Made by a program: the position numbers and the translations under genes
From: Rhodospirillaceae bacterium
GTDB taxonomy: Bacteria > Pseudomonadota > Alphaproteobacteria > Bin65
Length of the DNA stretch: 64,000 nt
Reading direction: 5' to 3'
Assembly: GCA_028819475.1 (NCBI GenBank)
Contig: JAPPLJ010000048.1
Location: 17,905-81,904, forward strand
Shown here: positions 28,797-39,129 of the stretch, in pieces
How positions within the stretch are numbered: the stretch's first letter is position 1
How the letters are laid out: each line of letters opens with the position of its first letter
The notes under the pieces: generated by a model
What the model saw: only the letters and a program-made list of their open reading frames with translations
What the model was told of the DNA's origin: nothing
Database searches by the model: none

Positions 28797-29153
28797 CTAT
28801 TCCTTCTCTCTTAAAGATTGATTTTGAATTTCTAAAAGTGCGGGCCGAATATCATGCATCGTCATAATATTATGGTCAGTCGCTTTTTCAAAATCGGCAA
28901 CAGCTCGACTCAATTCAGCTGCAAATGTCTTTGCTGTTGTGAACGACATATGGAGTGCGCACAACCGTTCACCATTTCGCATAAGAAGCGCGGTCATGTC
29001 TGATAGAGAAAGCCCAATTTCAACACCATTGAAATAGATTGCTTGAAGCGCAGTATCTGTTGCGGTGGAAGGTGGCGTAGAGTACGCTGAGCCGGTTTCA
29101 ACAGTTTCGTCTAATCCCGTTTCACTCATGCGTAGGGCTCTTTCGATATTCAA
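28797..29153 (-). CDS. DUF3467-like small protein
   Basis: IYFNGVEIGLSLSDMTALL...LHMSFTTAKTFAAELSRAVADFE resembles the DUF3467 pattern (Y.N...+...D...MS...AK.+...L). Ends 2 nt before the next start. Confidence 0.55.
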   Translation of the reverse strand: MNIERALRMSETGLDETVETGSAYSTPPSTATDTALQAIYFNGVEIGLSLSDMTALLMRNGERLCALHMSFTTAKTFAAELSRAVADFEKATDHNIMTMHDIRPALLEIQNQSLREKE

Positions 29154-29206
29154 ATGACGCGAATTGCAACTCAGTCGCGCTGAGATGCTGGCGGCGAATT
29201 GGTGTC

Positions 29207-29238
29207 AGTCATCATCGCCTTCCAAGGCGATGATGACT
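29207..29238. repeat. Perfect 15-bp inverted repeat (terminator or operator)
   Basis: AGTCATCATCGCCTT-CC-AAGGCGATGATGACT, between the boxB stop and the AT-rich cassette. Confidence 0.8.
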
Positions 29239-29348
29239 TGCTAGAGGAGAGAAGGGCAGCCAAAACCAGTGTGTCAAGGTAAACATATCATGAATCTTTC
29301 TGCATTTCTACCCCAATTTAGCGAATAAAGAGTCCTGCCGGCCGCCGG

Positions 29349-30776
29349 CTAAAGCCTCACATACTCATAGTCGACCGGGTTGTTGTTGATGCCGCGGTCG
29401 GGCGGGGCAATCCAGCCGGCCATCCGGCCCGGCGCGGTCACCTGCTTCATCAGGCTCTTGATGTGGGTCCGGTCGGCCTCCGACGGGATCCAGTCGTTTA
29501 TCCGGCTTTCGTAGGCCTCTTTCGAGACCGGCGTGCCGTCGGGCGCGAAATGGAAGCCGGCGAAGGGGCCGACCGTTCGGCGGAAGCGGTCCGACGGCAG
29601 GCTGAATTGGAGATCGACCCCGGCCTTCCGGATCATCCGGTTCCAGCGCGTGATGCCGATATCGCAGTCATTGGAATAGCCCTTGCGGGCGACCAGGTTC
29701 ATGGCGTTGCGCGTCGGGATTTCGATTTCCCGCACGCCGGCGCCGTCCTCGGTCGGCTCCTCGATGCGGTAGAGCGTGTCGGCTTCCAGATGGTCCTCGA
29801 ACCGGTCCTCGTCCGGCCGGCCCTTGAGGCCGTTGGCGAAATAGGCCGCGGCGTTGGTCGAGCGGTCGGCGCCGAACAGGTCGAGGGAGGAGGAGTACCA
29901 GTAGTTGATGTATTTCTGGACCAGGCCGAGATCGATCGCGCCGTGGTCGCGGATGCGCTGCGGGTCGTCGGTGTTCAACTCCTGCATGACCTCCAGCGCC
30001 CGCCGGATGACCCGGCCGAGGCCGGTCTCGCCGACGAACATGTGGTGGGCTTCCTCGGTCAGCATGAAGCGGCAGGTGCGCGACAGCGGATCGAAGGCGC
30101 TCTCGGCCAGCATCTTGAGCTGGAACTTGCCGTCCCGGTCGGTGAAGTAGGTGAAGCTGAAGAACGACATCCAGTCGTCGATCGGCTCGTTGAAGGTCGT
30201 CAGGATGCGCGGGTTGTTGACGTCGCCGGAATGGCGCTCCAGCAGGTCTTCGGCCTCCTCGCGTCCGTCGCGGCCGAAATGGGCGTGCAGCAGGTAAACC
30301 ATGGCCCAGAGGTGCCGGCCTTCCTCGACGTTGACCTGGAACAGGTTGCGCATGTCGTAGAGCGACGGGCAGGTGTAGGCGAGCATGCGCTGCTGTTCGA
30401 CTGAAGCAGGCTCGGTATCGCCCTGGGTGACGATCAGGCGGCGCAGATCGGAGCGGAACTCGCCCGGCACCTGCTGCCACACCGGCTGGCCGAAACTGTC
30501 GCCGAAGCCGATGGTGCGGTCCTCCGTCTTGTCGGCCAGGAAGATGCCCCAGCGGTAGTCCGGCATCTTGACGTGGCCGTAGGTCGCCCAGCCCTTGGCG
30601 TCGACCGAGGTCGCCGTGCGCAGGTAGACGTCCCGGGCCTGGAAATCGCCGTCCGGGCCCATCTCGCCCCACCAGTTCAGGAAGGCAGGCTGCCAGCGCT
30701 CCAGCGCGCGCTGGAGCTGGCGGTCGGCGCTCAGGTCGACGTTGTTGGGAATCTTCTCGGCGTAGTTGATCGACAT
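29349..30776 (-). CDS. boxB: Benzoyl-CoA 2,3-epoxidase subunit B
   Basis: INYAEKIPNNV, LRRLIVTQGDTEPASVEQQ, VNVEEGRHLWAM and MLTEEAHHM (di-iron EExH motifs). Confidence 0.97.
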   Translation of the reverse strand: MSINYAEKIPNNVDLSADRQLQRALERWQPAFLNWWGEMGPDGDFQARDVYLRTATSVDAKGWATYGHVKMPDYRWGIFLADKTEDRTIGFGDSFGQPVWQQVPGEFRSDLRRLIVTQGDTEPASVEQQRMLAYTCPSLYDMRNLFQVNVEEGRHLWAMVYLLHAHFGRDGREEAEDLLERHSGDVNNPRILTTFNEPIDDWMSFFSFTYFTDRDGKFQLKMLAESAFDPLSRTCRFMLTEEAHHMFVGETGLGRVIRRALEVMQELNTDDPQRIRDHGAIDLGLVQKYINYWYSSSLDLFGADRSTNAAAYFANGLKGRPDEDRFEDHLEADTLYRIEEPTEDGAGVREIEIPTRNAMNLVARKGYSNDCDIGITRWNRMIRKAGVDLQFSLPSDRFRRTVGPFAGFHFAPDGTPVSKEAYESRINDWIPSEADRTHIKSLMKQVTAPGRMAGWIAPPDRGINNNPVDYEYVRL

Positions 30777-30816
30777 GAACGGGATCCTCGGGCTGGGTGT
30801 TCCTGATCGGGCGGCG

Positions 30817-32472
<1,656 letters not shown>

Positions 32473-32524
32473 GGTCGCTCCCCGGCACAGCCGTTCCGCA
32501 CGCGGCGGGTTGTTCGGTCCGATC

Positions 32525-32540
32525 TATGCAATATAATGCA
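32525..32540. promoter_or_regulatory. TGCA-N6-TGCA operator upstream of boxC (BoxR/BzdR-type)
   Basis: TATGCAATATAATGCA; the first 15 nt recur exactly at 33522-33536. Confidence 0.7.
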
Positions 32541-32563
32541 TAATATTCTCGATGCAAGCAATA

Positions 32564-33487
32564 TTATTCGATGTTTCGTCGCGCATCGTTCAGCGCCAGG
32601 CCAAGGGCGTTCAACGCCGCTTCCGCCGAACGGTGCGAGGTGTCGAGCGTGACATCCGCCCGCGCGTAGAGGGCGTGCCGCGTCTCGAGGATGCGCTCCA
32701 GATCGGCCATCGCCTCGCCGCTGTTCTCCATCGGGCGGGTGTCGCCCTGTTCGCGCACCCGGCGCATATGGTCCTCCGGCGTCGCCTGCAGCCAGACGGT
32801 GAAACATTCCTCGAGCAGCCGCTCGTAGGTTTCCGGCTCCGAAACGATGCTGCCGCCGGTCGCGATCACGCATTCGGCATGCGCCGCCAGCGCATCTTCG
32901 AGCGCCCGGCGCTCGTAGCGGCGATAGGCGGCCTGGCCGGACAGGTCGAATATCTGGTCGACCGGCATGCCGGCTGTTCGCTCAACCTCGCGCGCCATTT
33001 CGATAAAGGGCACGCCCTGGCGCTGCGCCAGCGCCGCGCCGAGCGTCGATTTGCCGGCGCCGCGCAGGCCGGTCAGCGCGATCCGGTCCATCCGGTCCGC
33101 CCGCTTGCCAAGGCCGAGCGCATCGGTCAGCAGGCGGTTGGCGTGCGCCAGGTCATCGGGTTGCAGGCGTTCCAGCTTGCGAATGAGCAACGTCAGGTCG
33201 ACCGGCCGTTCGGCGCCCTCGCGCACCAGGTCGGCCAGCGGCACACTCATCGCGCCGGCGACGTTGCGCAGCAGGGCGATCGAAATATTGCCCTTGCCGG
33301 CCTCGAGCTGGGCCAGATAGCGTTCCGACACGCCCGAGGCGCGGGACAGGATCCGGCGCGACATGCCGCGGCGCGCGCGGGCCGCCCGGACGCGCTCGCC
33401 CAGCTGCGTCAGGAAAACGTCCGGCGTCGTGCGGTCCTGCGCTTCCGGGTCGGGCCGGGCGTCGGAGGATTGAGCGGAAATATCCAT
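32564..33487 (-). CDS. boxR: BoxR/BzdR family regulator (XRE HTH plus shikimate-kinase-like domain)
   Basis: LGERVRAARARRGMSRRIL...SERYLAQLEAGKGNISI, then IALTGLRGAGKSTLG and IATGGSIV. ATG at 33487. Confidence 0.92.
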   Translation of the reverse strand: MDISAQSSDARPDPEAQDRTTPDVFLTQLGERVRAARARRGMSRRILSRASGVSERYLAQLEAGKGNISIALLRNVAGAMSVPLADLVREGAERPVDLTLLIRKLERLQPDDLAHANRLLTDALGLGKRADRMDRIALTGLRGAGKSTLGAALAQRQGVPFIEMAREVERTAGMPVDQIFDLSGQAAYRRYERRALEDALAAHAECVIATGGSIVSEPETYERLLEECFTVWLQATPEDHMRRVREQGDTRPMENSGEAMADLERILETRHALYARADVTLDTSHRSAEAALNALGLALNDARRNIE

Positions 33488-33521
33488 GATACGGAACCGG
33501 TATCGGAGTCTGGCCAGAATA

Positions 33522-33536
33522 TATGCAATATAATGC
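33522..33536. promoter_or_regulatory. Second copy of the boxC operator in the boxR/flavodoxin divergent region
   Basis: TATGCAATATAATGC, identical to 32525-32539. Confidence 0.7.
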
Positions 33537-33680
33537 TTGAAATCAAGATGTATCGGTTCTATGTTGCGCATCGTTCGCCGCCCGGCTGCACACCGGCGGG
33601 ATCGGCCAGGACAGCGGCCAGGACAGCGCAGGCCCGCCCGCCGGAGGCCGGCACATCGAAGACATGTTGGAGCAACGGTC

Positions 33681-34151
33681 GTGGAACTGAAAATTCTCGT
33701 CGGTACGATGACCGGCACCGCGGAAATGGTGGCGGAGGAGATGGGCGATGCGCTCGCCGAACTCGGCCATGAGGTCGAGGTCGAGGCGATGGACGATCTC
33801 GACATCTCGGTGTTCGACGGCGGCGGCGATTTCCTGATCGTGTCCTCGACCTACGGCCAGGGCGACGTGCCGGACAACGCCATGGCGCTTTACGAGGGGC
33901 TGGTCCAGGACAAGCCGGACCTGAGCGCCGTGCGCTACGGCGTCTTCTCGCTCGGCGACATGACCTATTCGGACACGTTCAATTTCGGCGGCAAGCGGTT
34001 CGACAAGGCGCTCGAAGAGTGCGGCGCCGCGCGGATCGGCACGATCTTCACCCATGACGCCAGTTCCGGCACGATCCCCGAAGACGACGGCGTCGAATGG
34101 GTCAAGGAGTGGATCGGAAATTTTAGCGAAGCCCGCGCTCTCGCCGCCTGA
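33681..34151 (+). CDS. Short-chain flavodoxin (MioC/YqcA-like)
   Basis: GTMTGTAEMVA phosphate loop, SSTYGQGDVPDNA, FSLGDMTY..TFNFGG. GTG at 33681. Confidence 0.92.
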   Translation: MELKILVGTMTGTAEMVAEEMGDALAELGHEVEVEAMDDLDISVFDGGGDFLIVSSTYGQGDVPDNAMALYEGLVQDKPDLSAVRYGVFSLGDMTYSDTFNFGGKRFDKALEECGAARIGTIFTHDASSGTIPEDDGVEWVKEWIGNFSEARALAA

Positions 34152-34218
34152 CCGGCATCGCGGGGCGGCGCGGGCGTAACTCGTCCCCGGCCGGGGCCGG
34201 CGGCAGAAGCGGGCGTTC

Positions 34219-35205
34219 TCAGACCAGCGCTTCGATCACCCGGTCCGGCGGCTTGTGGCCGTCGACGAAGGTCTTGATGTTGACGATGACCTTCTCGCCC
34301 ATGTCGATCCGGCCGTCGATCGTCGCCGATCCCATGTGCGGCAGCAGCACGACATTGTCGAGGCCGAGCAGCTTCGGGTTGACCGCCGGCTCGTGCTCGA
34401 ACACGTCCAGCCCGGCGCCGGCGACCTCGCCGTTGGCCAGCATCCGGGTCAGCGCATTCTCGTCGATCACCTCGCCGCGCGCCGTGTTGACCACGATGGC
34501 GTGGGGCTTGAGCAGCTTGAGGCGCCGTGCCGACAGCAGGTGATAGGTCGCCGGGGTGTGCGGGCAGTTGACCGACAGGATGTCCATATGGGCGAGCATC
34601 TGGTCGAAGCTCTCCCAGAATGTCGCTTCGAGTTCGCCTTCCGTCGCGGCGTCGAGGCGCCGCCGGTTGTGATAATGCACCGACAGGCCGAAGCCCCGGG
34701 CGCGGCGCGCCAGCGCCCGGCCGATCCGGCCCATGCCCAGGATGCCCAGGCGCTTGCCCCATATCCGGTGGCCGAGCATGGTCGTCGGGCCCCAGCCCTT
34801 CCATTCACCCGAGCGCATCAGCCGCTCGCCTTCGGCGACCCGGCGCGACACGGCGAGGATCAGCGCCATCGTCATGTCCGCCGTGTCCTCGGTCAGCACG
34901 CCGGGCGTGTTGGTCACCGTGATGCCGCGCTCGCGCGCCGTGGCGAGATCGATATGGTCGACGCCGGTGCCGAAGGAGGCGATCAGGCGCAGCCGCGGCC
35001 CCGCCTGGGCCATGATCCCCTTGTCGATCCTGTCGGTCACGGTCGGCACCAGCACGTCGGCCATCTTGCAGGCCTCGATCAGCTCGGCGCCCGTCATCGG
35101 CTGGTCGTCGCGGTTCAGGCGCGTGTCGAACAGCTCCATCATGCGGGTTTCGATGGGGTCCGGCAGCTTGCGGGTCACGACGACGACCGGCTTTTCCTGC
35201 GCCAT
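34219..35205 (-). CDS. D-2-hydroxyacid dehydrogenase (glyoxylate/D-glycerate reductase, GyaR-like)
   Basis: GTGVDHIDL, NTPGVLTEDTAD, GILGMGRIG, VNTARG, DVFEHEP, LPHMGSAT. Confidence 0.93.
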   Translation of the reverse strand: MAQEKPVVVVTRKLPDPIETRMMELFDTRLNRDDQPMTGAELIEACKMADVLVPTVTDRIDKGIMAQAGPRLRLIASFGTGVDHIDLATARERGITVTNTPGVLTEDTADMTMALILAVSRRVAEGERLMRSGEWKGWGPTTMLGHRIWGKRLGILGMGRIGRALARRARGFGLSVHYHNRRRLDAATEGELEATFWESFDQMLAHMDILSVNCPHTPATYHLLSARRLKLLKPHAIVVNTARGEVIDENALTRMLANGEVAGAGLDVFEHEPAVNPKLLGLDNVVLLPHMGSATIDGRIDMGEKVIVNIKTFVDGHKPPDRVIEALV

Positions 35206-35347
35206 GGCGCTCCTCGTTTCATCCGGCGGGGCGAATCGGGCTGTGCCTCTGCCGCCGAAGATTGTGGGTAACAAGGGGCCATGGCGATGTCCAGCGTGCA
35301 GCGGCCTGCCGCTTGACGCGGGTTGCCGCGGATCGCATACCGCCGGC

Positions 35348-35884
35348 ATGTCTGCGCGCCGCCTCGCCTGTGTCTGCGCCCTGCTCGCCGCGCTCCCGCT
35401 GGCGCCATTGTGGCCGGACGGTGCCGGCCCGTTCGGCGCGGGGCTGTTCGGGGTGGGGCCGGCCCTGGCGTCGAAGCTGAAGGTGCCGCGCTTCGTCTCG
35501 CTGCGCTTCGGCACCGTCAACCTGCGCACCGGCCCCGGCCGCAAATACCCGATCGAGTGGGTCTACAAGCGGCGCGGCCTGCCGGTCGAGGTGATCCGCG
35601 ACCTCGATACCTGGCGGCGGGTGCGCGACCGCTGGGGCACGGTCGGCTGGATCCATGTCAGCAACCTGATGGGCCGGCGCACCGTGCTGATCGAGGCGCA
35701 GACCGTCCTGCTGCGCAACGGGCCGCAGGATGCGTCCGCCGCCGTCGCCAGGGCGGAAGCCGGCGCGATCGCCCAGCTCAGGAAATGCGCCGGCGCCTGG
35801 TGCCGGATTTCCGCCGAAGGCCACACCGGCTGGGTCCGGCGCACTGCGATCTGGGGCGTCCACGAAAAGGACGACGGCCGCTGA
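35348..35884 (+). CDS. Tandem bacterial SH3-domain protein
   Basis: VPRFVSLR...VNLRTGPGRKYPIEWVYKRRGLPVEV...WRRVRD..G..GWIH, second SH3 CAGAWCRI...GWV. Confidence 0.9.
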   Translation: MSARRLACVCALLAALPLAPLWPDGAGPFGAGLFGVGPALASKLKVPRFVSLRFGTVNLRTGPGRKYPIEWVYKRRGLPVEVIRDLDTWRRVRDRWGTVGWIHVSNLMGRRTVLIEAQTVLLRNGPQDASAAVARAEAGAIAQLRKCAGAWCRISAEGHTGWVRRTAIWGVHEKDDGR

Positions 35885-35930
35885 GGGCGCGCCGGGCGAC
35901 CGCCGCTTCGAGCGAAGCAAATCCACGCCC

Positions 35931-36061
35931 GTCATATCGACCGAAGCAGTCCGGAGGACTGCGGAGCGGAGATATCTTTCACTCGCGGTGCCGGGCCGAA
36001 GCGCCTGCGCAGAAAGATTTCTCCACTACATGGTCCTGCGGACCATTCCGGTCGAAATGAC
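35931..36061. repeat. Structured palindromic element, family B copy 1
   Basis: GTCATATCGACCG...GGAGATATCTTTC...GAAAGATTTCTCC...CGGTCGAAATGAC; second copy at 62035-62167. Confidence 0.88.
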
Positions 36062-36114
36062 GGGAATGGGAATTACCGGCCGTTCCGTTCGGAACGGCGG
36101 ATCGGCGAAAGCGC

Positions 36115-36678
36115 CTAATCCGCTTCCAGCTCGGAATCCCAATAGAGGTAGTCCGCCCAGCTTTCGTGCAGGAAGTTGGGCGGGAAGCTGCGGCCGTTGT
36201 TCTGCAGGTAGTGGTTGGTCGGCACCCGGGGCATACGCCGGGGCCGGATGCCGCTTTCCTTCGGCACCCGGTTGCCCTTGCGCAGGTTGCAGGGCGCGCA
36301 GGCGGTGACGATGTTCTCCCACTGGGTCCGGCCGCCGCGCGAGCGCGGGATGACATGGTCGAAGGTCAGTTCCTGTGTCGAACCGGGAACGCCGCAATAC
36401 TGGCAGGTGAACCTGTCGCGCAGGAACACGTTGAAGCGCGTGAAGGCCGGCCGCCGGTTCGCCGGGATATACTGCTTGAGCGAGATCACGCTGGGCAGCG
36501 CCATCTCGACCGACGGCGAGCGCACCGTGCGGTCGTATTCCGACAGGACGATCACCCGGTCGAGGAAGACGGCCTTGATCGCCTCCTGCCACGACCAGAG
36601 CGACAGGGGGAAATAGCTGAGCGGCCGGAAATCCGCGTTCAGGACCAGGGCAGGGCAGGCGTTCAGCGCTACGGTCAT
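36115..36678 (-). CDS. HNH endonuclease (conserved alphaproteobacterial family)
   Basis: ALVLNADFRPLSY, FTRFNVFLRDRFTCQYCG, LTFDHVIPRSRGG, WENIVTACAPCNLRKG. ATG at 36678. Confidence 0.93.
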   Translation of the reverse strand: MTVALNACPALVLNADFRPLSYFPLSLWSWQEAIKAVFLDRVIVLSEYDRTVRSPSVEMALPSVISLKQYIPANRRPAFTRFNVFLRDRFTCQYCGVPGSTQELTFDHVIPRSRGGRTQWENIVTACAPCNLRKGNRVPKESGIRPRRMPRVPTNHYLQNNGRSFPPNFLHESWADYLYWDSELEAD

Positions 36679-36963
36679 GGCGTTTCGTCGATCCTGCCGG
36701 CGGGCTGTCCGGTTCGGTCTGTCCGGTTGGGGGCGCCGGGCTATCCGGTTGCCGGCGTGTCGCCCGGCCGTCCGTGACGGGCCGGTGACAATCGCCGAAC
36801 CATTCCCCAGGGTATTGCGGGTGCGGGTTTCATCGCCGCACTGTCTATCGGCTGAGGCCGACCGGCGCAACCCGGCGAAACCGCCGGTAGCGTCCCGGCC
36901 GGAACGGCGGGGAACGAACGGGTTCGGTCCGCCGCCGCGCGTCAGACCGGGACACGACCCGCC

Positions 36964-37617
36964 CTAGACGGGAAGGCTGTCGTCGCCGCTCCGGCGGGCG
37001 GGGCGGGTTTCGCTGAAATAGCGCCACAGCAGATGGGCGACCGCGCCGCGCCAGGGCCGCCAGATTTCGGCGCGCTCCAGGAGCCCGCCCGGCGCCGGGC
37101 GTTCCGGCAAGCCGAACAGGCGCTGCGCCGCGGTCAGCAGCGCCAGGTCGCCGGCCGGCAGCACGTCGCGCCGGCCGAGCGCGAACAGGAGATAGACTTC
37201 CGCCGTCCAGCGGCCGATGCCCTTGACCGCGACAAGGGCGGCGACCGCGTCTTCGTCCGGCAGCCCCTCCAGCCGGTCGAGATCGAGCGCACCGGATTCG
37301 CACCCTTCGGCGAGCGCCCGGGCATAGCGGATCTTCGGCCCGCTGAGGCCGAGGGCGCGCAGGGTTGCATCGTCGAGCGCCAGCAGCGCCCCCGGCGCGA
37401 CCGGGCGGACCGCCGCTTCGAGCCGGCCCCAGATCGCGCCGGCGCTGGCGACCGAAAGCTGCTGGCCGACAATGGCGCGCAGCAGGGCGGCGAAACCGGG
37501 CTCGCGCCGGCGCAGTTCGGGATAGCCGGCCTCGGCAAGCGCCCGCGCCACGGCCGGGCAGCGCCGGGCCGTTTCGTCCAGCCCGGCGACCAGGCTTTGC
37601 TCGGTCAGTTCGCGCAT
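36964..37617 (-). CDS. AlkA-like DNA-3-methyladenine glycosylase (HhH-GPD)
   Basis: LLRAIVGQQLSVASA, LGLSGPK, VKGIGRWTAEVYLLFALGR.DV.PAGDL, WRPWRG. Confidence 0.92.
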   Translation of the reverse strand: MRELTEQSLVAGLDETARRCPAVARALAEAGYPELRRREPGFAALLRAIVGQQLSVASAGAIWGRLEAAVRPVAPGALLALDDATLRALGLSGPKIRYARALAEGCESGALDLDRLEGLPDEDAVAALVAVKGIGRWTAEVYLLFALGRRDVLPAGDLALLTAAQRLFGLPERPAPGGLLERAEIWRPWRGAVAHLLWRYFSETRPARRSGDDSLPV

Positions 37618-37687
37618 GGCTCTGCTATAACCGCGCGCACCGGCCGCCGCCAGCCGGCACGCAGGACGCCGGGAAAGGAGATCCCGC

Positions 37688-38635
37688 ATTTCGCCCGTCA
37701 CCCGCTTCGCGCCGAGCCCGACCGGCCATCTCCATCTCGGCCATGCCTGGTCCGCCTGGCAGGCCTGGCGCCGCGCCCGGGACGGCGATGGGGACGCGGG
37801 CGGGGGCGGGCGCTTCCTGCTGCGCATCGAGGATATCGACACCGGGCGCTGCCGGCCGGAATACGAAGCGGCGATTTTCGAGGACCTCGCCTGGCTCGGC
37901 CTGGAGTGGGAACGGCCGGTGTTGCGCCAGTCGGAGCATTTCGGCCGCTACCGGGCGGCGCTGGCGGCGATCCGGGAACAGGGCCTCGCCTATCCCTGCT
38001 TTTGCACCCGGGCCGACATCCGCCGCGAGATCGAGGCCGCCGGCGGCGCGCCCCACGGCCCGCCCGGCAGTTCGCCCGACAACCCGGTCGCGAACCCGCC
38101 TGACAGTCGACAAGCGCCGGGCGGCGGCCTGCGCTACCCGGGCACCTGCCGCGGTCTCCCGGCGGCGGAAACCGACGCGCGGATCGAACGCGGCGAGCCT
38201 CATGCCTGGCGGCTCGATACGGTGGCGGCCGCCGACCGGTTCGGCGCTTTGATCTGGCGCGACGAGGCGGCGGGCGATGTTACAGCCGATCCGGCGGTCT
38301 TCGGCGATGTCGTCCTCGCGCGCAAGGACGTCCCGACCAGCTACCATCTCGCCGTCACGGTGGACGACGCCCGGCAGGGCGTCACCCTGGTCGTGCGCGG
38401 CGAAGACCTGTTCGCCGCCACCCACATCCACCGGCTGCTCCAGGCCATCCTCGGCCTGCCGGCGCCGGCCTACGTCCACCATCCGCTGCTGCTGGACGCC
38501 GGGGGCAAGCGCTTCGCCAAACGCGACCGGTCCCTGACGATCCGCAGCCTGCGGGAGCGGGGGCTGTCGCCCTCGGAAGTCATCGTGATGGCGGAGAATT
38601 GGCGGCGGTCCTATGAGCCGTACGCCCAAGAATGA
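37688..38635 (+). CDS. gluQ: tRNA glutamyl-Q(34) synthetase (probable ATT start)
   Basis: VTRFAPSPTGHLHLGH begins at 37697; LLRIEDID, YPCFCTR, YHLAVTVDD, RGEDL, RFAKRD; no anticodon-binding domain. No ATG/GTG/TTG between the in-frame TAA at 37628 and the motif. Confidence 0.88.
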   Translation: MSPVTRFAPSPTGHLHLGHAWSAWQAWRRARDGDGDAGGGGRFLLRIEDIDTGRCRPEYEAAIFEDLAWLGLEWERPVLRQSEHFGRYRAALAAIREQGLAYPCFCTRADIRREIEAAGGAPHGPPGSSPDNPVANPPDSRQAPGGGLRYPGTCRGLPAAETDARIERGEPHAWRLDTVAAADRFGALIWRDEAAGDVTADPAVFGDVVLARKDVPTSYHLAVTVDDARQGVTLVVRGEDLFAATHIHRLLQAILGLPAPAYVHHPLLLDAGGKRFAKRDRSLTIRSLRERGLSPSEVIVMAENWRRSYEPYAQE

Positions 38636-38716
38636 CATTTCTCCGCCCGATACGGCAGCTTGACGAAAGTGCGGCAATGCCGCATTCAATCGCTTGCCCG
38701 CATTTTTCACAAGACT

Positions 38717-38897
38717 TGTCGCCCCGGCCCCCGAGCCGGGGCCCAGAGCCACAGGGCAAAGCGGCGGATACGAATCCGGGTGACGGCAACGATCCGCGGT
38801 GCGGATTGGATTGCAGGACTGCGGAAACCCAGTCCCCCTCTCCGGACGCACCGCCCATCGTGCGCTTCTGGACCCCGGCTCGGGGGCCGGGGTAACA
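38717..38897. repeat. MITE-like element with 25-bp terminal inverted repeats, family A-related
   Basis: TGTCGCCCCGGCCCCCGAGCCGGGG ... CCCCGGCTCGGGGGCCGGGGTAACA (2 mismatches). Shares internal CCAGAGCCAC(A)GGGCAAAG with the 2171-2287 element. Confidence 0.82.
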
Positions 38898-38960
38898 TGA
38901 TTCTTTGTGTTAACCTGCTATCGCGAAAGAATTTTCTTGCACATAAATCCTGGATACCCC

Positions 38961-38978
38961 GATTTCTTGCAAGAAATC
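38961..38978. promoter_or_regulatory. Perfect 18-bp palindrome, possible operator of the downstream HTH protein
   Basis: GATTTCTTGCAAGAAATC is its own reverse complement. Confidence 0.5.
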
Positions 38979-39033
38979 CGGATTAATGCAGATTTTCTCC
39001 ACGCGCATGAGTGAGCGTACCATTTGCAAGTTG

Positions 39034-39129
39034 ATGACCAAGCAGACCCGCGACGACCTGACTCCGGCAGACGTCAAGGCTCTGTCGCGCCTTGTGGCAA
39101 CAATTCGGAAGGAGGCGGGGAAGCGATGA
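39034..39129 (+). pseudogene. C-terminal remnant of a RelE/HigB-2-type toxin
   Basis: MTKQTRDDLTPADVKALSRLVATIRKEAGKR* resembles the K..+.DL+..+.K.L..LV..+ C-terminal helix of this toxin class. The stop overlaps the HTH gene ATG (ATGA). Confidence 0.65.

Noticed and set aside
27840-29340. AT-rich cassette as a prophage or IS element
   Set aside because: No integrase, transposase, structural gene, tRNA target or evident flanking direct repeat was found.
36115-36678. HNH nuclease as IscB/Cas9, homing or defence nuclease
   Set aside because: Short, host-like GC, no RuvC motifs; matches the conserved alphaproteobacterial HNH family usually found near gluQ.
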